A stretch of DNA of 64,000 nucleotides from an uncultured Candidatus Saccharibacteria bacterium (lineage in GTDB: Bacteria > Patescibacteriota > Minisyncoccia > Phycocordibacterales > SBAW01): positions 411,032 through 475,031 of the forward strand of contig CAZYUH010000001.1 of NCBI GenBank assembly GCA_964650645.1, written 5' to 3'. Position 1 is the stretch's first letter. The number at the start of each line of letters is the position of its first letter. Both the position numbers and the translations under genes were made by a program. Under the pieces are notes generated by a model. The model was not told the DNA's origin. It was given only the letters and a program-made list of their open reading frames with translations, and searched no databases. Positions 9,088 through 19,900 of the stretch are shown piece by piece.

Positions 9088-9825
9088 ATGGATATACCGC
9101 TATTTGTCGGGGCGTTCGTCGCCGGCTTCCTCATGTTCCTCGCTCCCTGCACCCTTCCCATCGTGCCGGGCTACCTCGCGTTCATCGCCGGAGTTCCCCA
9201 GGGCCAGGCGGGAAGCGCGCGCCGCCGCATATTCATAAACGCGCTCGCGTTCGTCCTGGGCTTCTCGGCCGTCTTCATCCTTCTCGGCTCGTTCGCGGCT
9301 GCCATAGGGGCCCTTCTGGGCCCGTGGCGCCCCCTCATCGCGCGCGCCGCGGGCCTCGTCATCATCCTCTTCGGGCTTACGATGCTCGGCGCATTCAATA
9401 TGCCGCTGTTGTCGGGCGAGCGCCGCATACGCCTCCCTAAGTGGCTCTCCCTCGGCCACCCGCACAGTTCTTTTCTAATAGGCGCGCTGTTTGCCCTGGG
9501 CTGGAGCCCCTGCATCGGCCCCATTCTCGGCACCATACTGTTTCTCGCCTCGGCGACCGCGACCGCGCTTGAAGGGGCGCTGCTGCTCGGCGTATTCTCG
9601 CTCGGCCTCGCTCTCCCGTTTCTCGCGTGCGCATGGCTCATAGGCCGGGCCGAGGGGGTGGTGGCGCGCGCGGGCCCGCTCTCGAAGGCGCTTTCGGCAG
9701 TTGGCGGCATCGTGCTGGTCCTCCTCGGGGCGCTCATGCTCACGGGCACCATGGGCACGCTCGTCGCGTGGGGCCTGGACCTCTTCGGTGGAGCCGGCTA
9801 CGACCGATTGCTCAACTACCTGTAA
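9088..9825 (+). CDS. ccdA: cytochrome c-type biogenesis/thiol-disulfide transporter CcdA (DsbD family)
   Basis: Polytopic membrane protein; motifs FLAPCTLPIVPGYL and GWSPCIGPILG (paired Cys in TM1 and TM4). Confidence 0.85.
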   Translation: MDIPLFVGAFVAGFLMFLAPCTLPIVPGYLAFIAGVPQGQAGSARRRIFINALAFVLGFSAVFILLGSFAAAIGALLGPWRPLIARAAGLVIILFGLTMLGAFNMPLLSGERRIRLPKWLSLGHPHSSFLIGALFALGWSPCIGPILGTILFLASATATALEGALLLGVFSLGLALPFLACAWLIGRAEGVVARAGPLSKALSAVGGIVLVLLGALMLTGTMGTLVAWGLDLFGGAGYDRLLNYL

Positions 9826-9842
9826 TAGGGCACTATAGGCCT

Positions 9843-10178
9843 ATGCTTAAGATAACAGTCCGCATACTGGCAACCGCAGGGGCGCTATTGCTCATGCCGA
9901 GCCTCATAGACGGCATTTCCGTGGCCAACTTCTACACGGCGGCCATCGCGGCGCTCATTTGGGGCGTCATGTCGATAACGATACGCCCCGTGCTCGGGCT
10001 CCTGACCCTGCCCATCAATATCATCACCTTCGGGCTCTTCTCGTTCGTGCTCAACGCGCTCCTCTTCTGGTTCGTGGCGTCCTTCGTGCAGGGCTTCGAG
10101 GTGTCGGGCTTCCTGGCCGCGCTTTTCGGCGCGGCGGTGCTCGCGCTCGTGTCGTGGGCGGTGGATGCCGCCCTGTAA
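9843..10178 (+). CDS. small 3-4 TM membrane protein, DUF360/YvlD-like (phage-holin-4_2-like family)
   Basis: 111 aa, MLKITVRILATAG..LPINIITFGLFSFVLNALLFWFVASF; start moved to the internal ATG because the upstream extension is Arg/Gly junk. Confidence 0.5.
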   Translation: MLKITVRILATAGALLLMPSLIDGISVANFYTAAIAALIWGVMSITIRPVLGLLTLPINIITFGLFSFVLNALLFWFVASFVQGFEVSGFLAALFGAAVLALVSWAVDAAL

Positions 10179-10184
10179 ACTCCT

Positions 10185-11159
10185 ATGGCCTTAGTCGATG
10201 AGCTTACGATAGCCGCAAAAGCGGGCAAGGGAGGGGACGGCGTCGTGCGCTGGCTCCACCTGAAGGGCAAGGAATACTCGGGACCGTCCGGCGGCAACGG
10301 CGGCGACGGGGGCGATGTCTACGCGCGCGGCGTACGCAACGTGTCGCTCCTGGCGCGCTATCGCGGCGAAAAGAGGTTCGCGGCGGGCGATGGCGCTGCG
10401 GGCGAAAACCGAAGCAGGCACGGCAAGAAGGGGGAGGACCTGGTTATCGACGTGCCGGTAGGCTCGCTTATCCGCAACAAGGAGACCGGCGAGGTCCACG
10501 AGGTCCTGGAAGAGGGCCGGCAGATTTTGATACTCAAGGGCGGGCGCGGCGGCGCGGGCAACGAGGTATTCAAATCCTCGGTCAACCGCGCCCCGGACGC
10601 GGCCATGCCCGGCGGGGAAGGAGAGTCGGCGGAGCTCGAGATAGAGCTCCAGCTTATCGCCCAGGCGGGACTTATCGGCTTGCCGAACGCGGGCAAGAGC
10701 TCGCTCCTCAACGCGCTCACGGGCGCCTCGGCGAAAATCGGGGCGTACGCCTTCACCACGCTCGATCCGAATCTCGGCGTTTTATACGGCTTCGTGCTTG
10801 CCGATATTCCCGGGCTCATAGAGGGAGCGTCCGAGGGCAGGGGACTCGGCTCGAAGTTCCTGCGCCACATCGCCCGTACCGAGCTGCTGGTCCACTGCGT
10901 ATCCCTGGAATCCGAGAATCCGGAGGACGACTACCGCATAGTGCGCAAGGAGGTCGCCAGGTACTCCCCGGTCGACCTGTCCGGCAAGCGGGAGGTCGTA
11001 GTGCTCACCAAGGCCGACACGCGCGACCCCGTTTTCATAGAAGAGGTGGCTGCCCGCATGCGGCTCCACGGCGCTCCGGTCTATACCGTCTCGGTGCTGG
11101 ATGACGCTGCGGTAAAGGCGCTCGGCGACCGGCTCGTAGCCCTGTTGAGAAAAGCATAG
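10185..11159 (+). CDS. obg: GTPase Obg/CgtA
   Basis: Glycine-rich Obg fold (GKGGDGVVRW, GGNGGDGGDVY); G-motifs GLPNAGKSSLL and DIPGLIEGA. Confidence 0.95.
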   Translation: MALVDELTIAAKAGKGGDGVVRWLHLKGKEYSGPSGGNGGDGGDVYARGVRNVSLLARYRGEKRFAAGDGAAGENRSRHGKKGEDLVIDVPVGSLIRNKETGEVHEVLEEGRQILILKGGRGGAGNEVFKSSVNRAPDAAMPGGEGESAELEIELQLIAQAGLIGLPNAGKSSLLNALTGASAKIGAYAFTTLDPNLGVLYGFVLADIPGLIEGASEGRGLGSKFLRHIARTELLVHCVSLESENPEDDYRIVRKEVARYSPVDLSGKREVVVLTKADTRDPVFIEEVAARMRLHGAPVYTVSVLDDAAVKALGDRLVALLRKA

Positions 11160-11167
11160 CCCCGAGG

Positions 11168-11173
11168 TAGTAT
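11168..11173 (+). promoter_or_regulatory. -10-like box (GGTAGTAT) upstream of gatB
   Basis: gaggtagtatcgtcatatagctATG. Confidence 0.35.
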
Positions 11174-11185
11174 CGTCATATAGCT

Positions 11186-12571
11186 ATGGCGACCTATAAA
11201 GCGACTATCGGCCTGGAGATACATGCCGAGCTCCGGACTGAAACCAAGATGTTCTGCGCGTGCCGCAACGACGCGGATGAGAAGCGCCCCAACCAGAACA
11301 TCTGTCCGGTGTGCATGGCGCATCCCGGCACGCTTCCGGTCATAAACCGCGAGGCGGTGCGCCACGTGCTCATGGTCGGCCGCGCCCTGGGCTCGAGGAT
11401 CGCGGACTACACGGAGTTCGACCGGAAGAATTATTTCTACCCGGACATCCCCAAGGGCTACCAGATAAGCCAGTACGCCTACCCGCTGGTGTCGGGAGGC
11501 TCCCTCAACGGCATCGCGATAACGCGCATACACCTTGAAGAAGACACCGCGCGCTCCCAGCATGAGCGCGGCAAGAGCCTCGTCGATTACAACCGCGCCG
11601 GCGTACCGCTCATGGAGCTGGTGACCGAGCCGGTCATACATGACGCGCAAGACGCTGGCGCGTTCGCGCGCGAGCTCCAGACGCTCCTGCGCTCGCTCGG
11701 GGCGGGCGAGGCGAACATGGAGAAAGGCGAGATGCGCGTCGAGGCGAATATTTCAATAAGCGCCGATGATACTCTCGGCACCAAGGTCGAGGTAAAGAAC
11801 CTCAACTCCTTCCGCTCCGTCGAGCGCGCCATCGCCTACGAGATAGCGCGCCAGTCGGCGTTGCTTGATTCCGGCGGCACGGTGGCGCAAGAGACGCTGG
11901 GCTGGGACGAGCGCGCGCAGAAAACCTACGTACAGCGCAAGAAGGAGAAAGCCCACGACTACCGCTACTTCCCGGACCCCGACCTGCCCAAGCTCAGGCT
12001 TTCTGAGATTCCCGAGCTTTCCGCGGAGGCGCTCGATGGCGCGATGCCAGAGCTCCCGTGGGCGAAGCGCGCGCGCTACGTCATAACGGGCGCAAAGCCA
12101 GAGTACGCGGAAATGTTCGTGCAGGACGCGCGCTACGGCGCCTTGTTCGACGCGGTAGTCGGCGACAAGGCGCTTGCTGCAAACTACATAGGCTCCGACA
12201 TCGCGGGCCTTGCGGCGAAGCACGGCGAGAAGGGCGTGTCGCGCATATCCCCCGAAGGCCTCAGCGCCATGCTTGCCGCCATAGGCGAGGGCAAGCTCTC
12301 GTCGCGCGGAGCGAAGGACGCGCTCGCGGAGGTGTTTGTGAACGGTGGCGACCTGGCGGACGCCATACGCAAGTACGAGCAGCAGAGCGACGAAGGGGCG
12401 CTTAAGGCCGTCGCGCAGAAAGTCATCGATGCCCATCCGTCCGTCGTTGCCGACTTCAAGGCAGGGAAGGCGGCGGCGCTCCAGTTCCTGCTCGGCCAAG
12501 GCATGAAGGAGTCCCGAGGCTCGGCGAATCCGGCTGCCCTTAAAGCCGCGCTTGAGTCGCTTCTTCTCTAA
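11186..12571 (+). CDS. gatB: Asp/Glu-tRNA amidotransferase subunit B
   Basis: MATYKATIGLEIHAELRTETKMFCAC..NQNICPVCMAHPGTLPV; YFYPDIPKGYQISQY. Confidence 0.95.
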   Translation: MATYKATIGLEIHAELRTETKMFCACRNDADEKRPNQNICPVCMAHPGTLPVINREAVRHVLMVGRALGSRIADYTEFDRKNYFYPDIPKGYQISQYAYPLVSGGSLNGIAITRIHLEEDTARSQHERGKSLVDYNRAGVPLMELVTEPVIHDAQDAGAFARELQTLLRSLGAGEANMEKGEMRVEANISISADDTLGTKVEVKNLNSFRSVERAIAYEIARQSALLDSGGTVAQETLGWDERAQKTYVQRKKEKAHDYRYFPDPDLPKLRLSEIPELSAEALDGAMPELPWAKRARYVITGAKPEYAEMFVQDARYGALFDAVVGDKALAANYIGSDIAGLAAKHGEKGVSRISPEGLSAMLAAIGEGKLSSRGAKDALAEVFVNGGDLADAIRKYEQQSDEGALKAVAQKVIDAHPSVVADFKAGKAAALQFLLGQGMKESRGSANPAALKAALESLLL

Positions 12572-12628
12572 GGGGAGTGCCTTCTACCCGATATATCGGC
12601 ACCCCGTTTTGCGTCTCGGCAAAGCGGG

Positions 12629-13501
12629 GTGTATCATTTATATATGGATGAGCTAGAAATATCGGGAAAGCGACACATCTCGACGCGCCGCGCCGCACGT
12701 GAGCATGGCTATCACAGCGACTACATGGGACAGCTTATCCGCTCCAAGAAAGTGGCCGGACAGAAAGTCGGGCGTTCCTGGTATATAGATGAGGAGTCGC
12801 TCAATGCGTACCTGGGCAAGGCGCCCATGCCTGCGCCTCCCCGCGTGGTAGTCCCGGTCCCGGCAGAAGAGCCGGCCCTAATCAATGATGCGCCCGCGGT
12901 CGCTGAACCGGCGCCGGCCTCCGTTCCCGTCGCTCAGCACGATGCTGTTCCCGCGCCTGAGCCTGTTCCTGTCCGCACAGCCGATGAAGAGGTACCGCAT
13001 CCTGCCGCCCCTTCTTTGGAGTCAGGCGCGGAAATTGAAATACCTGTCACGCGCCTGGTGCAGGTAAGCGGTGTCGAAAGCGCGAGCACCCAAGCGAATG
13101 AGGCAAAAGAGCAGCCGGTACCCGCGCCGCGCCATGCGCAAGAGCCGGTGCGCGCCATATACCACGCCCCTTATATGGAAGAGCAGGAGGCTGTTAGGTG
13201 GCGGGAGACGCGCATACCCGTGCGCGCTTTTGCGCCGGAAGAGCCGCAGAGGGGAGGCTTGCGCTATGCGGCGGATGACTACGTGCATAGCGATGCGATA
13301 TCCGCCAATTCCGAAGCCTTGCAGTCATCCCATCGTCCTGCTCCGGCGCCGCGCAAGCCCTCCTCATTCCCGTACAAGAGCCTCGCATTCGTAGCCTTGC
13401 TTGCGACGGTAGCGTCTGTGTTCGCCTCTAATTTCATATCGACCACCATCGTTTCAGAGCAGGGAAAGTCAGCCACCGTCATCCGCGCTATCCACTGGTA
13501 A
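12629..13501 (+). CDS. tail-anchored membrane protein with N-terminal excisionase-type (HTH_17-like) DNA-binding domain and Pro/Ala-rich linker
   Basis: N-terminal RRAAREHGYHSDYMGQLIRSKKVAGQKVGRSWYIDEESL is homologous to the N-terminus of the giant ORF; C-terminal TM SLAFVALLATVASVFASNFI. Confidence 0.6.
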   Translation: MYHLYMDELEISGKRHISTRRAAREHGYHSDYMGQLIRSKKVAGQKVGRSWYIDEESLNAYLGKAPMPAPPRVVVPVPAEEPALINDAPAVAEPAPASVPVAQHDAVPAPEPVPVRTADEEVPHPAAPSLESGAEIEIPVTRLVQVSGVESASTQANEAKEQPVPAPRHAQEPVRAIYHAPYMEEQEAVRWRETRIPVRAFAPEEPQRGGLRYAADDYVHSDAISANSEALQSSHRPAPAPRKPSSFPYKSLAFVALLATVASVFASNFISTTIVSEQGKSATVIRAIHW

Positions 13502-13559
13502 GCATTCGGGGTCACAATACTGTATTTGTCAAATTACGTTTAAATCAAACAAAAACATA

Positions 13560-13592
13560 CTCCCGTCAAATAATTGACGGGAGTTTTATTTT
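13560..13592 (+). terminator. rho-independent terminator
   Basis: ctcccgtcaa-ataa-ttgacgggag followed by ttttatttt. Confidence 0.7.
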
Positions 13593-13928
13593 GCTTAATG
13601 CGCAAAAAGCCTTATTTATAAACTCTTTTAGCCGAGATATCGGATAGGCTATACGAAAAATGCTTTTTAAATAAAGGAGTACTCGGTAATGCGATTTCAT
13701 GCTTTTTATCGGGTATGTCTTTTGAATGATTAGCGTCAATCGAAAGCGTGGCCGGTGCTAATTTTGGGCTTGATTGAGAGGGTGGCGCCGCGCTAACGCT
13801 GTTTTTATCCTTGCGCTTTTGCGGCTTATTTTCTTCACTTTTTTGACAGAAAAATAAAAAGCCCGGCTTAAAATTATTCATAACTCCGCACACGAACTTT
13901 CCGAGCAAACAAAAGATTTTTCGGCCCT

Positions 13929-16900
13929 ATGACCTCAAGCAAAAAGCTCTTTTCAAAGACCGGCGAGACACTGCTTAACGCCCGAAAGGCCGCCGTTCTT
14001 TTGGAGTGCGCTCCCGACTACGTGAGCCGCTTGTGCCGCGAGGGAAAGATCGAAGGCGTGCGGCACCAGGGCCAGTGGTACATCGACCCTAAGTCGCTTG
14101 AGAGCTTCCGGGCGGGCCGCGATGCGGCGCGCCTTGCGCGCTCAGAAATGCTTTCCGCTGAGCGCCGCAACGAATCGAAGGCGTTCGCCCGGGCTAACGG
14201 CAAAGCGGAGGGAAAGCCCGCGCAAGGCATCATGAGCCGCATTCCGGCAATCCCGCTTTCGCGTCATGCCGCCGCGGCCTTGCTTATAAGCATGCTCCTA
14301 GGCGGCGCGGCGTACGCGTCGAGCGCGGCGTTTTCCGCCGCCCGGGCGCAGCCGGAGGCCCTGTCCGCTTCCGCGGGCCGCATCGAGTCGCCGTTCTTCT
14401 CGACGGTATCGTTTTCCTTCGAGAGCGTATGGCGCGCTATCGCATCGCTGTTCGCTCCGAGCCGCGATGTTGCAGTAGCGCCTTCAATGCAGGCAGACCG
14501 CACGCTGGCTGCGCAGCCGGCGTCGCCCGCCGCACAGCCTGCCGTTGTTGCCGCGACAACCACGCAGACCTTCGTGACGAACACCTATCCCGTTGTGGAG
14601 CGCACGATAGAGCGCACCGTGGAGCGCGCGGTTCCCGCGCAGGCGGCCGACCTTGGCGGCTTCGTTACCTACGACTTCCTCAATGCGCAGATAGACGGCG
14701 TGTACCGTTCTCTGTCGCGGCGCGGCAGCGGAGGCATCGCCGACTTCTCAAGCCTCACCGCCGCCGACATCCCGGCGCTTAACTACCTGCCGCTTACGGG
14801 CGGGACGCTTACGGGCGCGCTTTCCGTGTCGGCCACCTCGACCCTGGCGGGCATCGCGCTTAATGCCGACTGCAGCGCGTACAACAACGGCGGCAAGCTT
14901 ACGACCGATTCCTCGGGCAATGTCGTGTGCGATAACGACACAGCGGGCTCCGGGAGCGGCACCCCGGGCGGTTCTACGGGCCAGGTGCAGTACAACGATG
15001 CGGGCGACTTCGGCGGCGAAGCGGGCTTCACCTACGACGAGGGCGCCAACCGGCTCACTGTGTCTTTCGCCTCGACGACCGGCATTACCGCCGACTACGC
15101 ATCTACGACCAACCTGGTCGTCTCGGGCGTATCAAACGCGCTCTTGAAGACCGTAAACGGGGTCGTGGTGCCCGCCGTCGCCGGCACCGACTACCAGGCG
15201 GCGGGGAACTACGCGACCTTCGCCTACCCGTTCCCCTCGAACGCCACCACCACCTCCATCGCCTTCAACGGCGGCCTCACCGGGGCGCTGACCGGCAACG
15301 CCTCCACCGCCACGGCACTGCAGACCGGCCGCACCATCAACGGCGTCACCTTCGACGGCACGCAGGACATCACCGTAACCGCAGCAAGCTCCACGCTCCT
15401 TGCAAACAACAACACCTTCTCCGGGAACAACACCTTCTCCAACACCATTACCGGCTCAATCACCGGCAACGCGGGCACCGTCACGAACGGCGTGTACACC
15501 ACCACCTTCGGCGGCCTCTTCGCCGGGCAACTCGCGGGCACGACGACCGACGCCTTGGCAGAGGGAAGCGTGAATAAGTACTACACCGACTCGCTGGTGC
15601 AGTCGTACCTCAACGGCGTCGATAAGGGGTTCTTTTTCTCGACAACTTCGGCCGCGTACCAGCTTTCCGTTCTGGATAAGGGCTACTTCTTCTCGACCAC
15701 TTCAGCGGCATACAATCTCTCGACCATAGACAAGGGTTATTTCTTCTCGACGACGTCTGCGGACTACCTGCTGTCCGGCAAGAATTACGCAACCTTCGCG
15801 TACCCGTTCCCCAGCAACGCCACCACCACCCAGCTGGCGCTCAACGGCGGGCTCACTGCGCCGAGCGCGACCATCGCGTACGCGTCGACGACCGCGATAA
15901 CCGCCACGACCGCGAGCACGACCAACCTTGTCATCTCCGGCATCGCTACCGGCTCCACGCAGTGCCTCCAGATAAACTCCTCCGGTACGGTCTCCGGCAC
16001 CGGCTCGGCGTGCGGCTCGGGCGGCGGCGGAAGCATCACGCAAATCGGCCCTGCCGGCCAGATGCAGTCGGGCACGTCCATTACGCTTGCAACCTCGACC
16101 TCGGGCAGCGACTTCACTATTACCGCGGCGGCGGACACCATTACATTCAATTTTCCTATCGCATCGGCTTCCAATACCGGCAAGCTCACTGCGGCCGACT
16201 GGTCGACTTTCAACGATAAGATCTCTTCGACTTCGCTCTCCGCAGGCGCGGGCATCGCGTACAACCCCGCGACCGGCGTCATTACCAACACTATTGGCTA
16301 CCCGTTCCCCAGCAACGCCACCACCACCTCCATCGCCTTCAATGGCGGCCTCACCGGCACGCTCACGGGCTCGCTCGTAGGCAACGCCTCCACCGCCACG
16401 GCCCTCCAGACCCCCCGCACCATCAACGGCGTCACCTTCGACGGCACCTCCAACATCACCGTAACCGCGGCCTCCTCCACGCTCTTGGCGAACAACAACA
16501 CGTTCAGCGGCACCAACACGTTCTCCAACACCATCACCGGCTCAATCACCGGCAACGCGGGCACGGTCACCAACGGCGTGTATACCACGACGTTCAACTC
16601 CCTGTTTGACCCGCGCTTCGCTTCAAGCTTCGCCGGCACCACCACCGACGCACTCGCGGAAGGCTCGACCAACCTCTACTACACCCAAGCCCGTGCCACC
16701 GCGAACTTCATCGCCAACCTCGCGGGCACGTCGAGCGTCGCCTCCATCACCACGCTCCCGAACCTCTCCCTGCCGTCCTCGCAGGTGACGGGCCTGTTCG
16801 CCTACCCGTTCCCATCCAACGCCACTACCACCCAGCTGGCGTTCAACGGAGGCGCCACCTTCGCGGGCGCCACTACGACCGCGCTCGCGGTCACCGGCTC

Positions 16901-19900
16901 CACGACCGTCAGCAGCACGCTCAACGTCGGCGGCGTCATCAACGCCAGCGGCGGGGTAATCGGCAACGTAACCGGCTCCCTGGTGGGCAACGCCTCGACC
17001 GCCACCGCCCTTGAGACCCCTCGCACCATCAACGGCGTCACCTTCGACGGCACGCAGGACATCACCGTCGCCGCCGCGTCCTCGACCCTGCTCACAGACA
17101 ACAATACGTTTAGCGGAAAGACGCTTCTTGCCAATGCCACCACCACGAACCTCGCCGTCACCGGCGTCACTTCGTCGCTCCTTAAAACCTTGAGCAATGG
17201 AGCGGTGGTAGCGGCGGTGGCGGGCACCGACTATGTCGCCAACACGTCCGGCGACTGGACCGGCACGTTCGACGGCCAGGAGGGCAGCTATTACCTCAAT
17301 GCCGCCAACCTCGCGAACTTCGGCGTGCCGTTCTACAATTTCTTCTCGGCGACGACGACGAGCGCGCTTGCGGAGGGGTCCAATCTTTATTACACCGACG
17401 AGCGCGTAGACGACCGCGTCGGCGCGCTCCTGCAGGCGGGCAGCGGCGTCAATCTCACGTATGACGATGGCTCGGATACGCTCACCATATCCGCGACCGG
17501 CGGAGGCGGAGGCGGCACCGACGTCAACTGGACGTACTTCAACGGCTCGACCATACGCCCGGCAACGAGCACCAACCAGGTGCTTGTCGGCGGGACGTCG
17601 ACTTCGACGCTCGTCTCGCCGTTCGCCAAGCTCGGCGTCTTGGGCGGCGCGTCCATAGACTACGCCTCGACGACCGGCATCACCGCTTCGTACGCGTCGA
17701 CGACGGACCTTGTTATATCGGGAATCCCGAACGGAATCCTTAAGACCGTAAACGGCGTCGTGACCGCCGCTACCGCGGGCGTCGACTACCTCACGAGCGG
17801 CAGCAGCTTCGCGTATCCGTTCCCATCCAACGCCACCACCACCCAGCTGGCGTTCAACGGAGGCGCCACCTTCGCGGGCGCCACTACGACCGCGCTCGCG
17901 GTCACCGGCTCCACGACCGTCAGCAGCACGCTCAACGTCGGCGGCGTCATCAACGCCAACGGCGGGGTAATCGGCAACGTAACCGGCTCGCTGACCGGCA
18001 ACGCCTCCACCGCCACGGCCCTCCAGACCCCCCGCACCATCAACGGCGTCACCTTCGACGGCACCTCCAACATCACCGTAACCGCGGCCTCCTCCACGCT
18101 CTTGGCGAACAACAACACGTTCAGCGGCACCAACACGTTCTCCAACACCATCACCGGCTCAATCACCGGCAACGCGGGCACGGTCACCAACGGCGTGTAC
18201 ACCACCACCTTCGGCGGCCTGTTCGCGGGGCAGCTCGCGGGTACCACGACCGACGCGCTGGCGGAAGGCTCGGCCAACCTCTACTACACCCAAGCCCGCG
18301 CCACCGCGAACTTCATCGCGAACCTCGCGGGCACGTCGAGCGTCGCCTCCATCACGACGCTCCCGAATCTCTCCCTGCCGTCCTCGCAGGTGACGGGCCT
18401 GTTCGCCTACCCGTTCCCCTCGAACGCCACCACCACCCAGCTGGCGTTCAACGGGGGATTGAGCGCGACGACCATCACGGCAGATGCGGCCACCTCCACC
18501 AGCCTCTTCGGCGGCCGCGTCACGGGCAGCACGGCGAGCTTCGGCGCGACCGCGACCTCGTCGTTCAGCTCCGCGGGCGCCCTCACGCTCGCCAATCTCT
18601 CGAACGCGGTGCTCGCGGTCAACGCCCAGGGCCAGGTCGTCGCCACGTCCTCGATCGGCATGAGCCAGCTCACGGGCACCCTCGGCGTCCCCAACGGCGG
18701 CACCGGTTCGACCACGCTCGGCGGCCTCCTCATCGGCAACGGCACCGGCGCTATCGCCTCGGCTGCGGTCACGGGCCCCCTCTCGTTCTCGGGCACCACG
18801 CTCTCCATCGCGCAGGCCACGGGCGCGCAGAGCGGCTATCTCTCGTCGGCTGACTGGTCGACATTCAACGGCAAGGTATCCTCTTCGTCGCTTTCTTCAG
18901 CGAACGGCTACCTCACGTACAACGGCTCGACCGGCGTCTTCACCGCCTCCACGTCGCCGACCTACGCGGCCGCGACTTCGACGGCCTTCAGGACGACGTC
19001 GCTCACTATCGGCACGCTCACCGGCCTTCTCAAGGCCAGCAGCGGGGCGGTGGCGGCGGCGGTGGCGGGCACCGACTACGAGAACCCGCTGACCTTCAGC
19101 TATCCGCTCCAGCGCACGGTTAATGCCGTCTCGCTCGCGTTCGGCACCACCACCTCCAACACGTGGGCCGGCACGCAGACCTTCACGAACGCGCCGCGCC
19201 TCGGTACCCTGACCGGCCTCGTCGGCGCCAACAACGGCACGCTCTACCAGATCTCCACCTCCACCAGCTTCGTGACGTCGCTCACTGCGGGCGCCGGCAT
19301 CTCGCTCTCGGGCGCCACGGGCGCGGTCACCGTCACCAACGCCATCGGCTATCCGTTCCCGTCCAACGCCACCACCACGCAGATCGCGTTCAACGGGGGA
19401 GCGACCTTCGCGGGCGCGACCACGACCGCGCTCGCGGTCACGGGCTCCACGACCGTCTCGGGCGTCCTCAACGCCGGCGGCGTGGTGAACGCCAACGGCG
19501 GCGTTACCGCGGCGGGAGCCTCGACCATCGCCTCCACTACGCTCACCGGCAGGACGCTGCTTTCGAATGCGACCTCTTCTTCTATATATACGCCGGTGCT
19601 CGGCGTGAACGGCGAGTACTTCACCAACCTCACCGGCGCGGGCCTGCAGAACGTCGGGGGCGCGCTCACGCTCGATACGGCGGGCGACTGGACCGGCACG
19701 TTCGACGGCCAGGAGGGGAGCTATTACCTCGCCAACTCCTTCTCGACCACGAGCGCCGCGTACTTCAGCTCGCTGGGCCTCGCGTTCTCCACTACGTCCA
19801 GCGACTACTGGCTTTCCCAGAAGACCACCGGCAATCTCGCCGAGGGTTCTAATCTGTACTTCACGAACGCGCGCGCCGACGCCCGCATCGCCGCCGCTAC

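Noticed and set aside
9627-9842. Arg/Gly-rich N-terminal extension of the DUF360-like membrane protein (ORF from 9627)
   Set aside because: Overlaps the ccdA 3' end in another frame and is compositionally junk; the internal ATG at 9843 gives a compact 111-aa membrane protein.
13612-13908. 98-aa minus-strand ORF in the spacer before the giant gene
   Set aside because: Lies in the AT-rich promoter spacer; low-complexity Lys/Ser/Pro composition; no start context; likely spurious.
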